Positions 23,888-32,000 of a stretch of DNA of 32,000 bases are shown here, in pieces. Source of the DNA: an uncultured Muribaculaceae bacterium (GTDB lineage: Bacteria > Pseudomonadota > Alphaproteobacteria > Rs-D84); the NCBI GenBank assembly GCA_965231035.1, contig OZ246409.1, positions 301,101 through 333,100 on the forward strand, written 5' to 3'. The notes under the pieces were generated by a model that saw only the letters and a program-made list of their open reading frames with translations, did no database searches and was not told the origin of the DNA. The first letter of the stretch is position 1; the number at the start of each line of letters is the position of its first letter. A program made the translations under genes and the position numbers.

Positions 23888-24589
23888 TTATTTTGCTTTC
23901 TTTTCGCTGCTGGCTGCGTATTCTGCAGGTCTTGCCATTTCAGAAGCCAGTTTTTCTTTGTTTACAACATCACCGGTATAAATCCAAACTTTTACACCAA
24001 TAACACCATAAGTTGTTTTTGCTTGAATCGAAGCATAATCAATATCGGCACGCAAAGTATGTAATGGAATGCGTCCTTCACGGATTTGTTCGCTTCTTGC
24101 AATTTCAGCACCATTCAAACGACCACCACACATTACTTTGATACCCAAGCAGCCTGCTTTTTGAGCGTTCTGAATAGCTTTTTTCATAGCACGTTTAAAA
24201 GATACACGACCTTCAATTTGCTGTGCGATGTTTTGTGCAACCAACATTGCATTCAAATCTGGACGACGAACTTCATAGATGTTTACAACAACTTGATCGT
24301 TCTTTACCAACTTTTTAATATCGTTACGCAAAACTTCGATGTCTGCACCATTTTTACCGATAATCATTCCAGGACGGCTGGTATGAATTGTAACAACAAC
24401 TTTTTTTGCAAAGCGTTCTATTACAGTTTTTGCCAAACCTGCTTTTTTCAATTTCTTTTCAACGAAATTACGAATCTTTAAATCTTCTGCCAAAAGATTT
24501 GCATATTCTTTCTTATTAGAAATCCAGCGAGAATCTGTAATCTTGTTTATAAATTCGCGCAATGAAATCGGTGATACTTTCTGTCCCAT
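23888..24589 (-). CDS. rpsC: 30S ribosomal protein S3
   Basis: MGQKVSPISLR..., 233 aa. Position between rplV and rplP. Confidence 0.96.
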   Translation of the reverse strand: MGQKVSPISLREFINKITDSRWISNKKEYANLLAEDLKIRNFVEKKLKKAGLAKTVIERFAKKVVVTIHTSRPGMIIGKNGADIEVLRNDIKKLVKNDQVVVNIYEVRRPDLNAMLVAQNIAQQIEGRVSFKRAMKKAIQNAQKAGCLGIKVMCGGRLNGAEIARSEQIREGRIPLHTLRADIDYASIQAKTTYGVIGVKVWIYTGDVVNKEKLASEMARPAEYAASSEKKAK

Positions 24590-24628
24590 AACTTTTGCTC
24601 CGTTATATGCAAGGGTTTTCCCCTGGCA

Positions 24629-25045
24629 TTATTTTTTCTTTGTTTCTTTTTTTTCTGTTTTCTTTTCTGCTTTTTTTGCAGGTGCAACCCCAGATTCCAA
24701 AATTATTGTCAAATTAGAAAACGGTTTCAAAATTGGACGTGCACTGCCGCGTGGTCCTGGCATGATACGTTTTATTGTCAAAGCCTTGCCACACCAAATT
24801 TCTTTTACAAACAGACTGTCTGCTGGTAATTTTTTATTGTGTTCAGCATTAGCAATTGCAGACATCAAAGTTTTTAAAACTTCGCCTGCTACGCGTTTTT
24901 TAGAAAACTTCAAAACATCAACTGCACGACCAACTGGCAATCCACGAACTAAATCGCAAACTAAACCCAGTTTCTGATCGCTGACGCGAATCAACTTGTT
25001 GAATGCGCGTGATTGATTATCTTTTATTCCATATCTTGTCGTCAT
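24629..25045 (-). CDS. rplV: 50S ribosomal protein L22 (with K-rich C-terminal tail)
   Basis: ...IRVSDQKLGLVCDLVRGLPVGRAVDVLKFS... matches the L22 pattern. Tail is APAKKAEKKTEKKETKKK. Confidence 0.95.
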   Translation of the reverse strand: MTTRYGIKDNQSRAFNKLIRVSDQKLGLVCDLVRGLPVGRAVDVLKFSKKRVAGEVLKTLMSAIANAEHNKKLPADSLFVKEIWCGKALTIKRIMPGPRGSARPILKPFSNLTIILESGVAPAKKAEKKTEKKETKKK

Positions 25046-25073
25046 AACTTTTACCTTCGTAATTGCAGCCTAA

Positions 25074-25352
25074 TTATTTTGCTGCTGCTTTTTTATTAGC
25101 TGCGTGACCCTTAAAAGTTCTAGTTGGTGCGAATTCGCCCAACTTGTGTCCAATCATATCTTCTACGACTGACACTGGTATAAACTTGTGTCCATTGTGA
25201 ACTTCAAAAGTCAGTCCAACCATTGGTGGCACGATTGTGCTGCCGCGGGACCAAGTTTTAATAGGCTTGCGGTCATTAGTTTCAACTGCTTTACCTGCCT
25301 TTTTCAAGACAGATGGATGAACAAAAGGACCTTTCCAAACTGAACGAGACAT
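25074..25352 (-). CDS. rpsS: 30S ribosomal protein S19
   Basis: [18 protein letters not shown] matches the S19 pattern. Confidence 0.97.
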   Translation of the reverse strand: MSRSVWKGPFVHPSVLKKAGKAVETNDRKPIKTWSRGSTIVPPMVGLTFEVHNGHKFIPVSVVEDMIGHKLGEFAPTRTFKGHAANKKAAAK

Positions 25353-25370
25353 TACTGTTTCCTTACTTTA

Positions 25371-26204
25371 TTATTTTTTCTTGCTCAAATGTCTGCTGCG
25401 GATAATCATGCCAGCAGTACGTTTATTTTTGCGTGTGCGATATCCCTTGGATGGAACACCTGTACGTGATACAGGCATATGTCCTTTGGACTTACCATTA
25501 CCACCACCCATTGGGTGATCACATGGGTTCTGTGCAACACCGCGTGTAGAAGGTCTGATACCCAACCAGCGAGAACGTCCAGCTTTACCCAAGTTAATAT
25601 TACGTTGGTCAGGATTAGAAACACTGCCAACAGTTGCCAAACAATCCGAATGAACTTTGCGCAATTCACCACTGTTCATTTTAATCTGAGCATAAACACC
25701 GTCTTTACCCATCAACTGAGCATAACAACCAGCAGATCTTGCCAACTGACCACCTGCACCTGGTTTCATTTCAACGTTATGCACAATTGTACCAATTGGC
25801 ATATTTTTCAAAGGCATTGTGTTTCCAGGTCTGATATCTTCACGTTCACCAGAAATAACAACGTCACCTATTTTCAAATCACGTGGTGCCAAAATGTAAG
25901 ACTTTTCACCATCTTTGTATTCAATCAAAGCAATAAAACCTGTGCGGTTTGGATCATATTCCAAACGCAAAACTGTTGCAGCAACACCTGTCTTTTTGCG
26001 AGCAAAATCAATCAAACGATATTTACGTTTGTGACCACCACCCTGATGTGGAACAGTTACATGACCAAAATTATTACGACCACCTTTGGATTTTAAACCA
26101 ACAGTCAATGATTTTTCTGGTGTACCACGATGCAACTCGGAATGATCAATCAAAATCAAACCACGAGTCCCAGGTGTATTTGGCTTATAATGCTTTAATG
26201 CCAT
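25371..26204 (-). CDS. rplB: 50S ribosomal protein L2
   Basis: [15 protein letters not shown]... and ...[13 protein letters not shown]... match the L2 pattern. Confidence 0.97.
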   Translation of the reverse strand: MALKHYKPNTPGTRGLILIDHSELHRGTPEKSLTVGLKSKGGRNNFGHVTVPHQGGGHKRKYRLIDFARKKTGVAATVLRLEYDPNRTGFIALIEYKDGEKSYILAPRDLKIGDVVISGEREDIRPGNTMPLKNMPIGTIVHNVEMKPGAGGQLARSAGCYAQLMGKDGVYAQIKMNSGELRKVHSDCLATVGSVSNPDQRNINLGKAGRSRWLGIRPSTRGVAQNPCDHPMGGGNGKSKGHMPVSRTGVPSKGYRTRKNKRTAGMIIRSRHLSKKK

Positions 26205-26276
26205 TTTTTTATACCTTTTTTATTCTGCTTTGACACTAACATCTTTTTCCCAGATTATCTGCCAAAGTCATTTTAC

Positions 26277-26612
26277 TTATTTTACGTTTGCCGCCAGATC
26301 CAATTTTGAATCTTTTGGTAAAGATACATACGCTTTTTTAACATTGCGTTGTGTACCTGTATTTTTGCCACGGAAAGTTTTTTCCTTACCCTTGGCAATT
26401 ACGATATTAACCTTGGTTGGTTTAATACCATAAATAGCTTGAACTGCATTTACAACATCTGCCTTGGTTGCATCCATTGCAACTTCGAACACTATGCTGT
26501 TGCTCTCAGACAGCTTTGCAGCCTTTTCAGATATGATCGGGCGACGCAGTATATCATAAACGCGATCTGTCGCAACGATTTTCTTTTCAGATTTTACTTT
26601 CTTTTCTGCCAT
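26277..26612 (-). CDS. rplW: 50S ribosomal protein L23
   Basis: ...VYDILRRPIISEKAAKL... matches the L23 pattern. Confidence 0.94.
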   Translation of the reverse strand: MAEKKVKSEKKIVATDRVYDILRRPIISEKAAKLSESNSIVFEVAMDATKADVVNAVQAIYGIKPTKVNIVIAKGKEKTFRGKNTGTQRNVKKAYVSLPKDSKLDLAANVK

Positions 26613-26634
26613 TTTATTTACCTTCTAGCTAGGA

Positions 26635-27255
26635 TTAACCCAATCTTGCTTCTATTGCTTTGATGCTGTCTGCAGTCAAAACCAATTTTTCGTGCTTCAG
26701 AATATCCAAAACATTCAAACCAATTGTTGGCAAAACATCAATATTTTTAATATTAGCCGCTGATTTTTTGAAGTTTGCATCCACATTTTCAGAACCTACA
26801 AATAATGCGGATTTGATATCCAACTTTTTCAAATGTTTTGCAAATTCGGCTGTCTTCATAGCAGACATTTTTTCAGAATCAATAACAACCAAGCTGCCAT
26901 CTTTAACTTTGCTACTTAATGCCATTTTCAGACCCAGTGCGCGAATTTTCTTTGGCAAATCAATTGCATGTGAACGTACAACTGGACCATGAACAACACC
27001 ACCGCCACGCATATGAACATTATATCTTTCACCCTGACGTGCATTACCTGTCTTTTTCTGTTTGATAGCTTTTTTACCGCTTCCCTGAACATCTGATACA
27101 GTTTTTACCTTGTGTGTTCCAGCACGAGCATTTGCACGTTGCCATGTAACAACACGATGCAAAATGTCTGCACGTGGTTCAACACCAAATATGGCATCAG
27201 ACAATTCTGCTGTTCCGGCCTTTTTACCTTCAAGACTTATAATTTCAATTTTCAT
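26635..27255 (-). CDS. rplD: 50S ribosomal protein L4
   Basis: 206 aa with ...VVTWQRANARAGTHKVKTVSDVQGSGKK... Confidence 0.96.
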   Translation of the reverse strand: MKIEIISLEGKKAGTAELSDAIFGVEPRADILHRVVTWQRANARAGTHKVKTVSDVQGSGKKAIKQKKTGNARQGERYNVHMRGGGVVHGPVVRSHAIDLPKKIRALGLKMALSSKVKDGSLVVIDSEKMSAMKTAEFAKHLKKLDIKSALFVGSENVDANFKKSAANIKNIDVLPTIGLNVLDILKHEKLVLTADSIKAIEARLG

Positions 27256-27257
27256 AA

Positions 27258-27998
27258 TTATTCACCCTGTCCTTCTGTAATTACTTCAGCTGCGGCTGGT
27301 TCTGTAACTTCAACAGATTCTTGTTTTGCTTTTGAATTTGTTGGCATTGGCAAATCTTTGTGTTCTTTTTTGATTGCGTCTGTAACCAATACAAATGTTC
27401 CATTTGCACCTGGTACTGCACCTTCAACAAAGATCAAGTTTTCAACTTCATCAACACCAAAAACTTTCAAATTTTGAACTGTGACAGTTTCGTTACCCAT
27501 CTGTCCAGCCATCTTTTTACCTTTTAAAACACGACCAGGCCATTCACGCATACCAGTAGAACCCAAACCACGATGAGCTTTCAATACACCGTGTGATGCT
27601 TCTTTACCGCCAAAGTTATAGCGTTTCATAGCACCTTGGAAACCTTTACCTTTGCTGGTGGCTTGAACATCAACAAATTGACCAGAAATAAAATGTCCCG
27701 AAGACATATTTGTTCCAACTGGAACCAAACAGTCGTCCGAGACACGGAATTCAACAACTTTGCGATATGGTTTCATACCTGCTTTTTGTGCTGCGATAAT
27801 TTGTGGTTTTGCTACGTGTTTTGCCTTGGCTTCACGAGTACCCATTATATTTGCAACATAACCATTTTTTTCCGTTGTGCGTTGACCAATCACGGAACAA
27901 TCGCCAACAGACAAAACTGTTATGCTATGCGCAACACCATTGTCGTCAAACAATCGTGTCATTCCTATTTTTGTTGTTATTAAGCCACTACGTTTCAT
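27258..27998 (-). CDS. rplC: 50S ribosomal protein L3
   Basis: MKRSGLITTKIGMTRLFDDNG matches the L3 pattern. 246 aa with an acidic C-terminal tail. Confidence 0.96.
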   Translation of the reverse strand: MKRSGLITTKIGMTRLFDDNGVAHSITVLSVGDCSVIGQRTTEKNGYVANIMGTREAKAKHVAKPQIIAAQKAGMKPYRKVVEFRVSDDCLVPVGTNMSSGHFISGQFVDVQATSKGKGFQGAMKRYNFGGKEASHGVLKAHRGLGSTGMREWPGRVLKGKKMAGQMGNETVTVQNLKVFGVDEVENLIFVEGAVPGANGTFVLVTDAIKKEHKDLPMPTNSKAKQESVEVTEPAAAEVITEGQGE

Positions 27999-28044
27999 TT
28001 TATTATGCCTTATCTATCTAAATATTGGATATTTCCAAATATCC

Positions 28045-28356
28045 TTACAATTTAATCTTCACATCAACCCCAGACGCCAAGTCCAACTTCATCAAGGCAT
28101 CAACTGTCTGAGGGGTTGGATTAACAATATCTACGACCGCTTTATGATTGCGGATTTCGAACTGTTCGCGAGACTTTTTGTCCACGTGAGGCGAACGGTT
28201 GACTGTAAACTTTTGAATCAATGTCGGCAAGCGAACGGGTCCTACGACATCCGCGCCTGTGCGCTTTGCAGTTTTGACAATTTCATCTACTGATTCAACC
28301 AAAATTCTGTGGTCGAATGCTGTCAATTTAATGCGAATTTTAGATGCTGGTACCAT
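28045..28356 (-). CDS. rpsJ: 30S ribosomal protein S10
   Basis: ...[18 protein letters not shown]... matches the S10 pattern. Confidence 0.97.
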   Translation of the reverse strand: MVPASKIRIKLTAFDHRILVESVDEIVKTAKRTGADVVGPVRLPTLIQKFTVNRSPHVDKKSREQFEIRNHKAVVDIVNPTPQTVDALMKLDLASGVDVKIKL

Positions 28357-28385
28357 TTCGTTTCCCTTATCTCTTTAATCTGTTA

Positions 28386-28428
28386 TCAACAGACAGATCT
28401 TAATTTTACTATCAAGTCTGTCTGTTGA
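28386..28428 (-). promoter_or_regulatory. 12-bp perfect inverted repeat (hairpin) in the tuf-rpsJ spacer, function unknown
   Basis: tcaacagacaga (28386-28397) pairs with tctgtctgttga (28417-28428), enclosing a 19-nt loop. An overlapping smaller hairpin tctgtt/aacaga lies at 28379-28393. Confidence 0.35.
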
Positions 28429-28447
28429 CTTTTTTCAAATAAATTAA

Positions 28448-29635
28448 TTATTTGATAATTTTTGACACAACTCCGGCACCAACTGTGCGTCCGCCTTCAC
28501 GGATAGCAAAGCGACGACCTTCGTCCATAGCAATAGGTGCAATCAACTGTACCTTGATACGAACGTTATCACCTGGCAGAACCATTTCTTTGTCTGCTGG
28601 CAAGCTGATTGTGCCTGTTACGTCTGTTGTGCTGAAGTAGAACTGAGGACGATAGTTAGCAAAGAATGCTGTATGACGTCCACCTTCTTCTTTGGTTAAG
28701 ATATAAACTTCAGATTCAAACTCTGTGTGTGGTGTGATAGAGCCTGGTTTGCAGATAATCTGACCACGTTCTACATCTTCTTTCTTTGTACCACGCAACA
28801 GCAATCCAACGTTATCACCGGCTTCACCTTGATCCAGCAATTTGCGGAACATTTCAACACCAGTTACAGTTGTTTTTTGTGTTGGACGCAAACCTACAAT
28901 TTCGCATTCATCACCAACTTTGATGATACCAGCTTCGATACGGCCTGTTACAACAGTACCACGACCTGTGATTGAAAATACGTCTTCAATTGGCATCAAG
29001 AATGGTTTTTCTGTTTCGCGTTTTGGTTGTGGAATAAAGGAATCGCAAGCAGCCAATAAAGCGTCAATTGATTCTTTGCCCAAACCGTCTTTCTTTTCTT
29101 CTACGGCAGAAACTGCAGAACCACGGATAATTGGTGTGTTTACTCCGTCAAAGTTGTTTGCAGACAACAATTCACGAATTTCCATTTCAACCAATTCCAA
29201 CAATTCTGGATCGCTTGCCAAGTCACATTTGTTCAAGTAAACAACAATCTTTGGAATACCAACCTGACGTGCCAACAAGATGTGTTCGCGTGTCTGAGGC
29301 ATTGGACCATCAGTTGCTGCAACTACCAATATAGCACCGTCCATCTGAGCAGCACCGGTAATCATATTTTTAACATAGTCGGCGTGTCCTGGGCAGTCAA
29401 CGTGTGCATAGTGACGTGCTGCTGTTTCATATTCAACGTGTGCAGTGTTAATTGTTATACCACGTGCTTTTTCTTCTGGGGCATTATCAATTTGATCAAC
29501 ACCCTTGTTTTTATCAGCACCAACACCATAGTAATGAACGATAGCAGCTGTCAGTGTGGTTTTACCATGGTCAACGTGACCAATGGTACCAATATTGACG
29601 TGCGGCTTACTTCTTACATACTTTTCTTTTGCCAT
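28448..29635 (-). CDS. tuf: translation elongation factor Tu
   Basis: [32 protein letters not shown]..., 395 aa. Confidence 0.98.
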   Translation of the reverse strand: MAKEKYVRSKPHVNIGTIGHVDHGKTTLTAAIVHYYGVGADKNKGVDQIDNAPEEKARGITINTAHVEYETAARHYAHVDCPGHADYVKNMITGAAQMDGAILVVAATDGPMPQTREHILLARQVGIPKIVVYLNKCDLASDPELLELVEMEIRELLSANNFDGVNTPIIRGSAVSAVEEKKDGLGKESIDALLAACDSFIPQPKRETEKPFLMPIEDVFSITGRGTVVTGRIEAGIIKVGDECEIVGLRPTQKTTVTGVEMFRKLLDQGEAGDNVGLLLRGTKKEDVERGQIICKPGSITPHTEFESEVYILTKEEGGRHTAFFANYRPQFYFSTTDVTGTISLPADKEMVLPGDNVRIKVQLIAPIAMDEGRRFAIREGGRTVGAGVVSKIIK

Positions 29636-29671
29636 GGTTTTCTCCTTAGGCTTCTTTTTTGTTGTTAAATC

Positions 29672-31753
29672 TTATTTTGTCATTTTCTTTATAACTTCGT
29701 CTGCAACATTCGCTGGAACATCATCGTAGTGTGACAATTCCATATAAGGATTTGCACGACCCTGTGACAATGAACGCAATGTTTTGACGTAACCGAACAA
29801 ATTAGCCAGTGGAACAAAAGCTGATATCAGCTGATTTCCAAACTGTGTTTCAATACCATTAATTTGTCCACGGCGGCTGTTCAAATCGCCGATAATATCA
29901 CCGACATATTCTTCTGGAGTTGTAACTGCCAGTTTCATAATCGGTTCAAGTAATTTTGGCGATGCTTTCTTCATAGCTTCACGGAAACATGCACGCGCCG
30001 CAATTTCAAAGCACAATACGTTAGAGTCAACTTCATGATATTTACCATCAACTAATGTTGCTTTGAAATCTACTGTTGGATAGCCAATCAGAACACCTGT
30101 CTGTTGTGCTATCTTTAATCCCTTTTCAACACCAGGGATAAATTCTCTTGGAATCGATCCACCAACAACCTTGTTTTCAAATTCATACCCAGCACCCGGT
30201 TCGCGTGGTTCGAATTCAATTTTAACCTGGGCATATTGACCAGAACCACCTGACTGTTTCTTGTGTGTATAATCTTCTGTAATTGGTTTACGGAATGTTT
30301 CGCGATAAGCAATACGCGGTTCACCAACATTAACATCTACTTTGAATTCACGCAACAAACGATCAACTAAAATTTCCAAATGCAATTCACCAACACCAGC
30401 CAAAATAGTTTGTCCAGATTCCTGATCAACCGATACGCGGAACGATGGATCTTCTTTGGCCAAAGCCTGCAAGCCTAATGACATTTTTTCAATATCAGCC
30501 TTGGTCTTTGGTTCCACAGCCAAGCTTATAACTGGTTCTGGAATATGAATGCTTTCCAAAACAATTGGCTTGCTTTCATCGCACAATGTATCACCAGTGA
30601 TTGTTTCTTTCATTCCAACCAATGTGATAATGTCACCAGCAGATGCTTCTTTGATTTCTTCACGGTTGTTTGCATGCATCAACAACATACGACCAACACG
30701 TTCACGTTTGTCACGTGTAGAATTGTAAATATAAGAACCAGCTGACAACTTTCCTGAATAAATACGGATAAACATCAAGTTACCAACAAAAGGATCGTTT
30801 GCAACTTTGAATGCCAATGCGCTGAATGGTTCGTCTGCATTTGGGTGACGTTCATCTTCTGTTTTACCATCCATCTTGGTTCCTTTAATAGCAGGAATAT
30901 CCAACGGTGATGGCAAATAATCAACAACTGCGTCCAATAATGGTTGTGCACCTTTGTTCTTTAACATAGAACCGCACAATACCGGATTAAATGCCTGTGT
31001 AATTGTACCTTTACGAATTAATTTTTTGATTGTTGCCAAGTCTGGTTTTGTACCTTCCATATATGCTTCCATAACAGCATCATCCAAAGTTACAATTTCT
31101 TCAATCAATTTGGAATGCAGTTCTTCTGCCTTGGCTTTTAATTCTTCTGGAATTTCAACAGTTATAGGATTGCTGCCATTTTCGTCTTCCCAGATAATTC
31201 CTTTCATTTCAACTACGTCAACAACACCTTTGAAAGATGATTCTTCACCAATTGGGAAATTCAAAACAACAGGATTAGATCCCAAACGTTCACGAATCAT
31301 ATCAACACAGCGGAAGAAGTTTCCACCAATACGATCCATCTTGTTAATAAAGCAAATACGTGGAACATTGTAACGATCAGCCTGACGCCATACTGTTTCA
31401 GTTTGTGGTTGCACACCAGATACAGATTCAAACACTGCAACTGCACCGTCCAATACGCGCAAAGAACGTTCTACTTCCATTGTAAAGTCAACGTGACCCG
31501 GAGTGTCAATCAAGTTAACGCGATGATCACGCCAGAAACATGTTGTTGCAGCAGATGTAATTGTAATACCGCGTTCTTGTTCTTGAACCATCCAGTCCAT
31601 AGTCGCGGCACCATCGTGCACTTCACCAATTTTATAATTTTTACCGGTATAGAAAAGAATACGTTCAGATACAGTAGTTTTACCAGCATCAATGTGAGCC
31701 ATAATGCCGATATTACGATACATATGTAAAGGTGCGGTTTTTCCAACTGACAT
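29672..31753 (-). CDS. fusA: translation elongation factor G
   Basis: ...[26 protein letters not shown]..., 693 aa. Confidence 0.98.
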   Translation of the reverse strand: MSVGKTAPLHMYRNIGIMAHIDAGKTTVSERILFYTGKNYKIGEVHDGAATMDWMVQEQERGITITSAATTCFWRDHRVNLIDTPGHVDFTMEVERSLRVLDGAVAVFESVSGVQPQTETVWRQADRYNVPRICFINKMDRIGGNFFRCVDMIRERLGSNPVVLNFPIGEESSFKGVVDVVEMKGIIWEDENGSNPITVEIPEELKAKAEELHSKLIEEIVTLDDAVMEAYMEGTKPDLATIKKLIRKGTITQAFNPVLCGSMLKNKGAQPLLDAVVDYLPSPLDIPAIKGTKMDGKTEDERHPNADEPFSALAFKVANDPFVGNLMFIRIYSGKLSAGSYIYNSTRDKRERVGRMLLMHANNREEIKEASAGDIITLVGMKETITGDTLCDESKPIVLESIHIPEPVISLAVEPKTKADIEKMSLGLQALAKEDPSFRVSVDQESGQTILAGVGELHLEILVDRLLREFKVDVNVGEPRIAYRETFRKPITEDYTHKKQSGGSGQYAQVKIEFEPREPGAGYEFENKVVGGSIPREFIPGVEKGLKIAQQTGVLIGYPTVDFKATLVDGKYHEVDSNVLCFEIAARACFREAMKKASPKLLEPIMKLAVTTPEEYVGDIIGDLNSRRGQINGIETQFGNQLISAFVPLANLFGYVKTLRSLSQGRANPYMELSHYDDVPANVADEVIKKMTK

Positions 31754-31798
31754 TTTCTTTTCCTTAATCTTTCCTGTTTATCTGATCGTTTATTTATT

Positions 31799-32000
31799 TT
31801 ACCAACGGAAATGAGCAAATGCTTTATTCGCATCAGCCATTTTATGTGTATCAATCTTTTTCTTGAATGCGTTACCTTGACCATTCAAAGAATCACGCAG
31901 TTCACCAAACAATCTTTCTTCCATAGAACGTTCAGAACGTTTTCTGGAAAAATCAACCAACCAGCGCAATGCCATTGTTTGTTGACGGGCTGGGCGAACT
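31799..32000 (-). CDS. rpsG: 30S ribosomal protein S7 (partial; N-terminus beyond window end)
   Basis: Not in the ORF track (truncated). Hand translation of the minus strand gives ...[65 protein letters not shown], with the stop at 31799-31801. This is a classic S7 C-terminus. Confidence 0.93.
   Translation of the reverse strand, partial: VRPARQQTMALRWLVDFSRKRSERSMEERLFGELRDSLNGQGNAFKKKIDTHKMADANKAFAHFRW

Noticed and set aside
25479-26096. 205-aa plus-strand ORF antisense to rplB, and similar shadows at 20189-20620, 24086-24481, 24543-24977, 27636-27983, 28842-29240 and 30954-31373
   Set aside because: All lie antisense to unambiguous ribosomal or elongation-factor genes and have odd Cys/Phe/Asn-rich compositions. 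They are typical shadow ORFs in AT-rich, codon-biased genes.
28386-28428. tuf-rpsJ hairpin as an intrinsic terminator of tuf
   Set aside because: The T-run (cttttttc) follows the hairpin on the plus strand only. On the transcribed minus strand the hairpin is preceded by an A-run and followed by AUAACAG. It is therefore not a canonical terminator for tuf.
31510-31884. 124-aa minus-strand ORF spanning the fusA 5' end and the rpsG-fusA gap
   Set aside because: It is out of frame with both fusA and rpsG, which are clearly identified. Its sequence is compositionally implausible.
1-32000. Search for tRNA, rRNA, transposase, integrase or phage genes flanking the island
   Set aside because: I found none by eye. 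The island has no recognisable mobility gene, so I do not call it a mobile element despite its accessory character.

Overview
AT-rich bacterial window with two very different parts. From about 12.6 kb to 32.0 kb, all on the minus strand, lies an almost complete str/S10/spc/alpha ribosomal super-operon: rpsG(partial)-fusA-tuf-rpsJ-rplC-rplD-rplW-rplB-rpsS-rplV-rpsC-rplP-rpmC-rpsQ-rplN-rplX-rplE-rpsN-rpsH-rplF-[55-codon membrane ORF]-rplR-rpsE-rpmD-rplO-secY-rpsM-rpsK-[2-gene insertion: APH-fold kinase + orphan]-rpoA-rplQ. The order (no rpsD, infA or rpmJ here) looks alphaproteobacterial. adk is missing between secY and rpsM. Positions 1-12.5 kb hold nine ORFs. Eight begin with signal-peptide-like N-termini, and I cannot assign any of them to a known family from memory. 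Four are large, cysteine-rich proteins that share C-x6-C modules, a C-x-x-D-F-x-x-C box, a conserved box upstream of a hydrophobic segment, and glycine-zipper-like hydrophobic segments. One further member carries ankyrin repeats. The island is punctuated by seven copies of a palindromic 31-37 nt repeat and by symmetric bidirectional terminators. I consider this island the best candidate for an undescribed system: a disulfide-rich envelope or surface protein set of a probably host-associated bacterium. No rRNA, tRNA, CRISPR array, transposase or integrase was seen. All calls rest on reading the sequence and the ORF track. No database search was possible.
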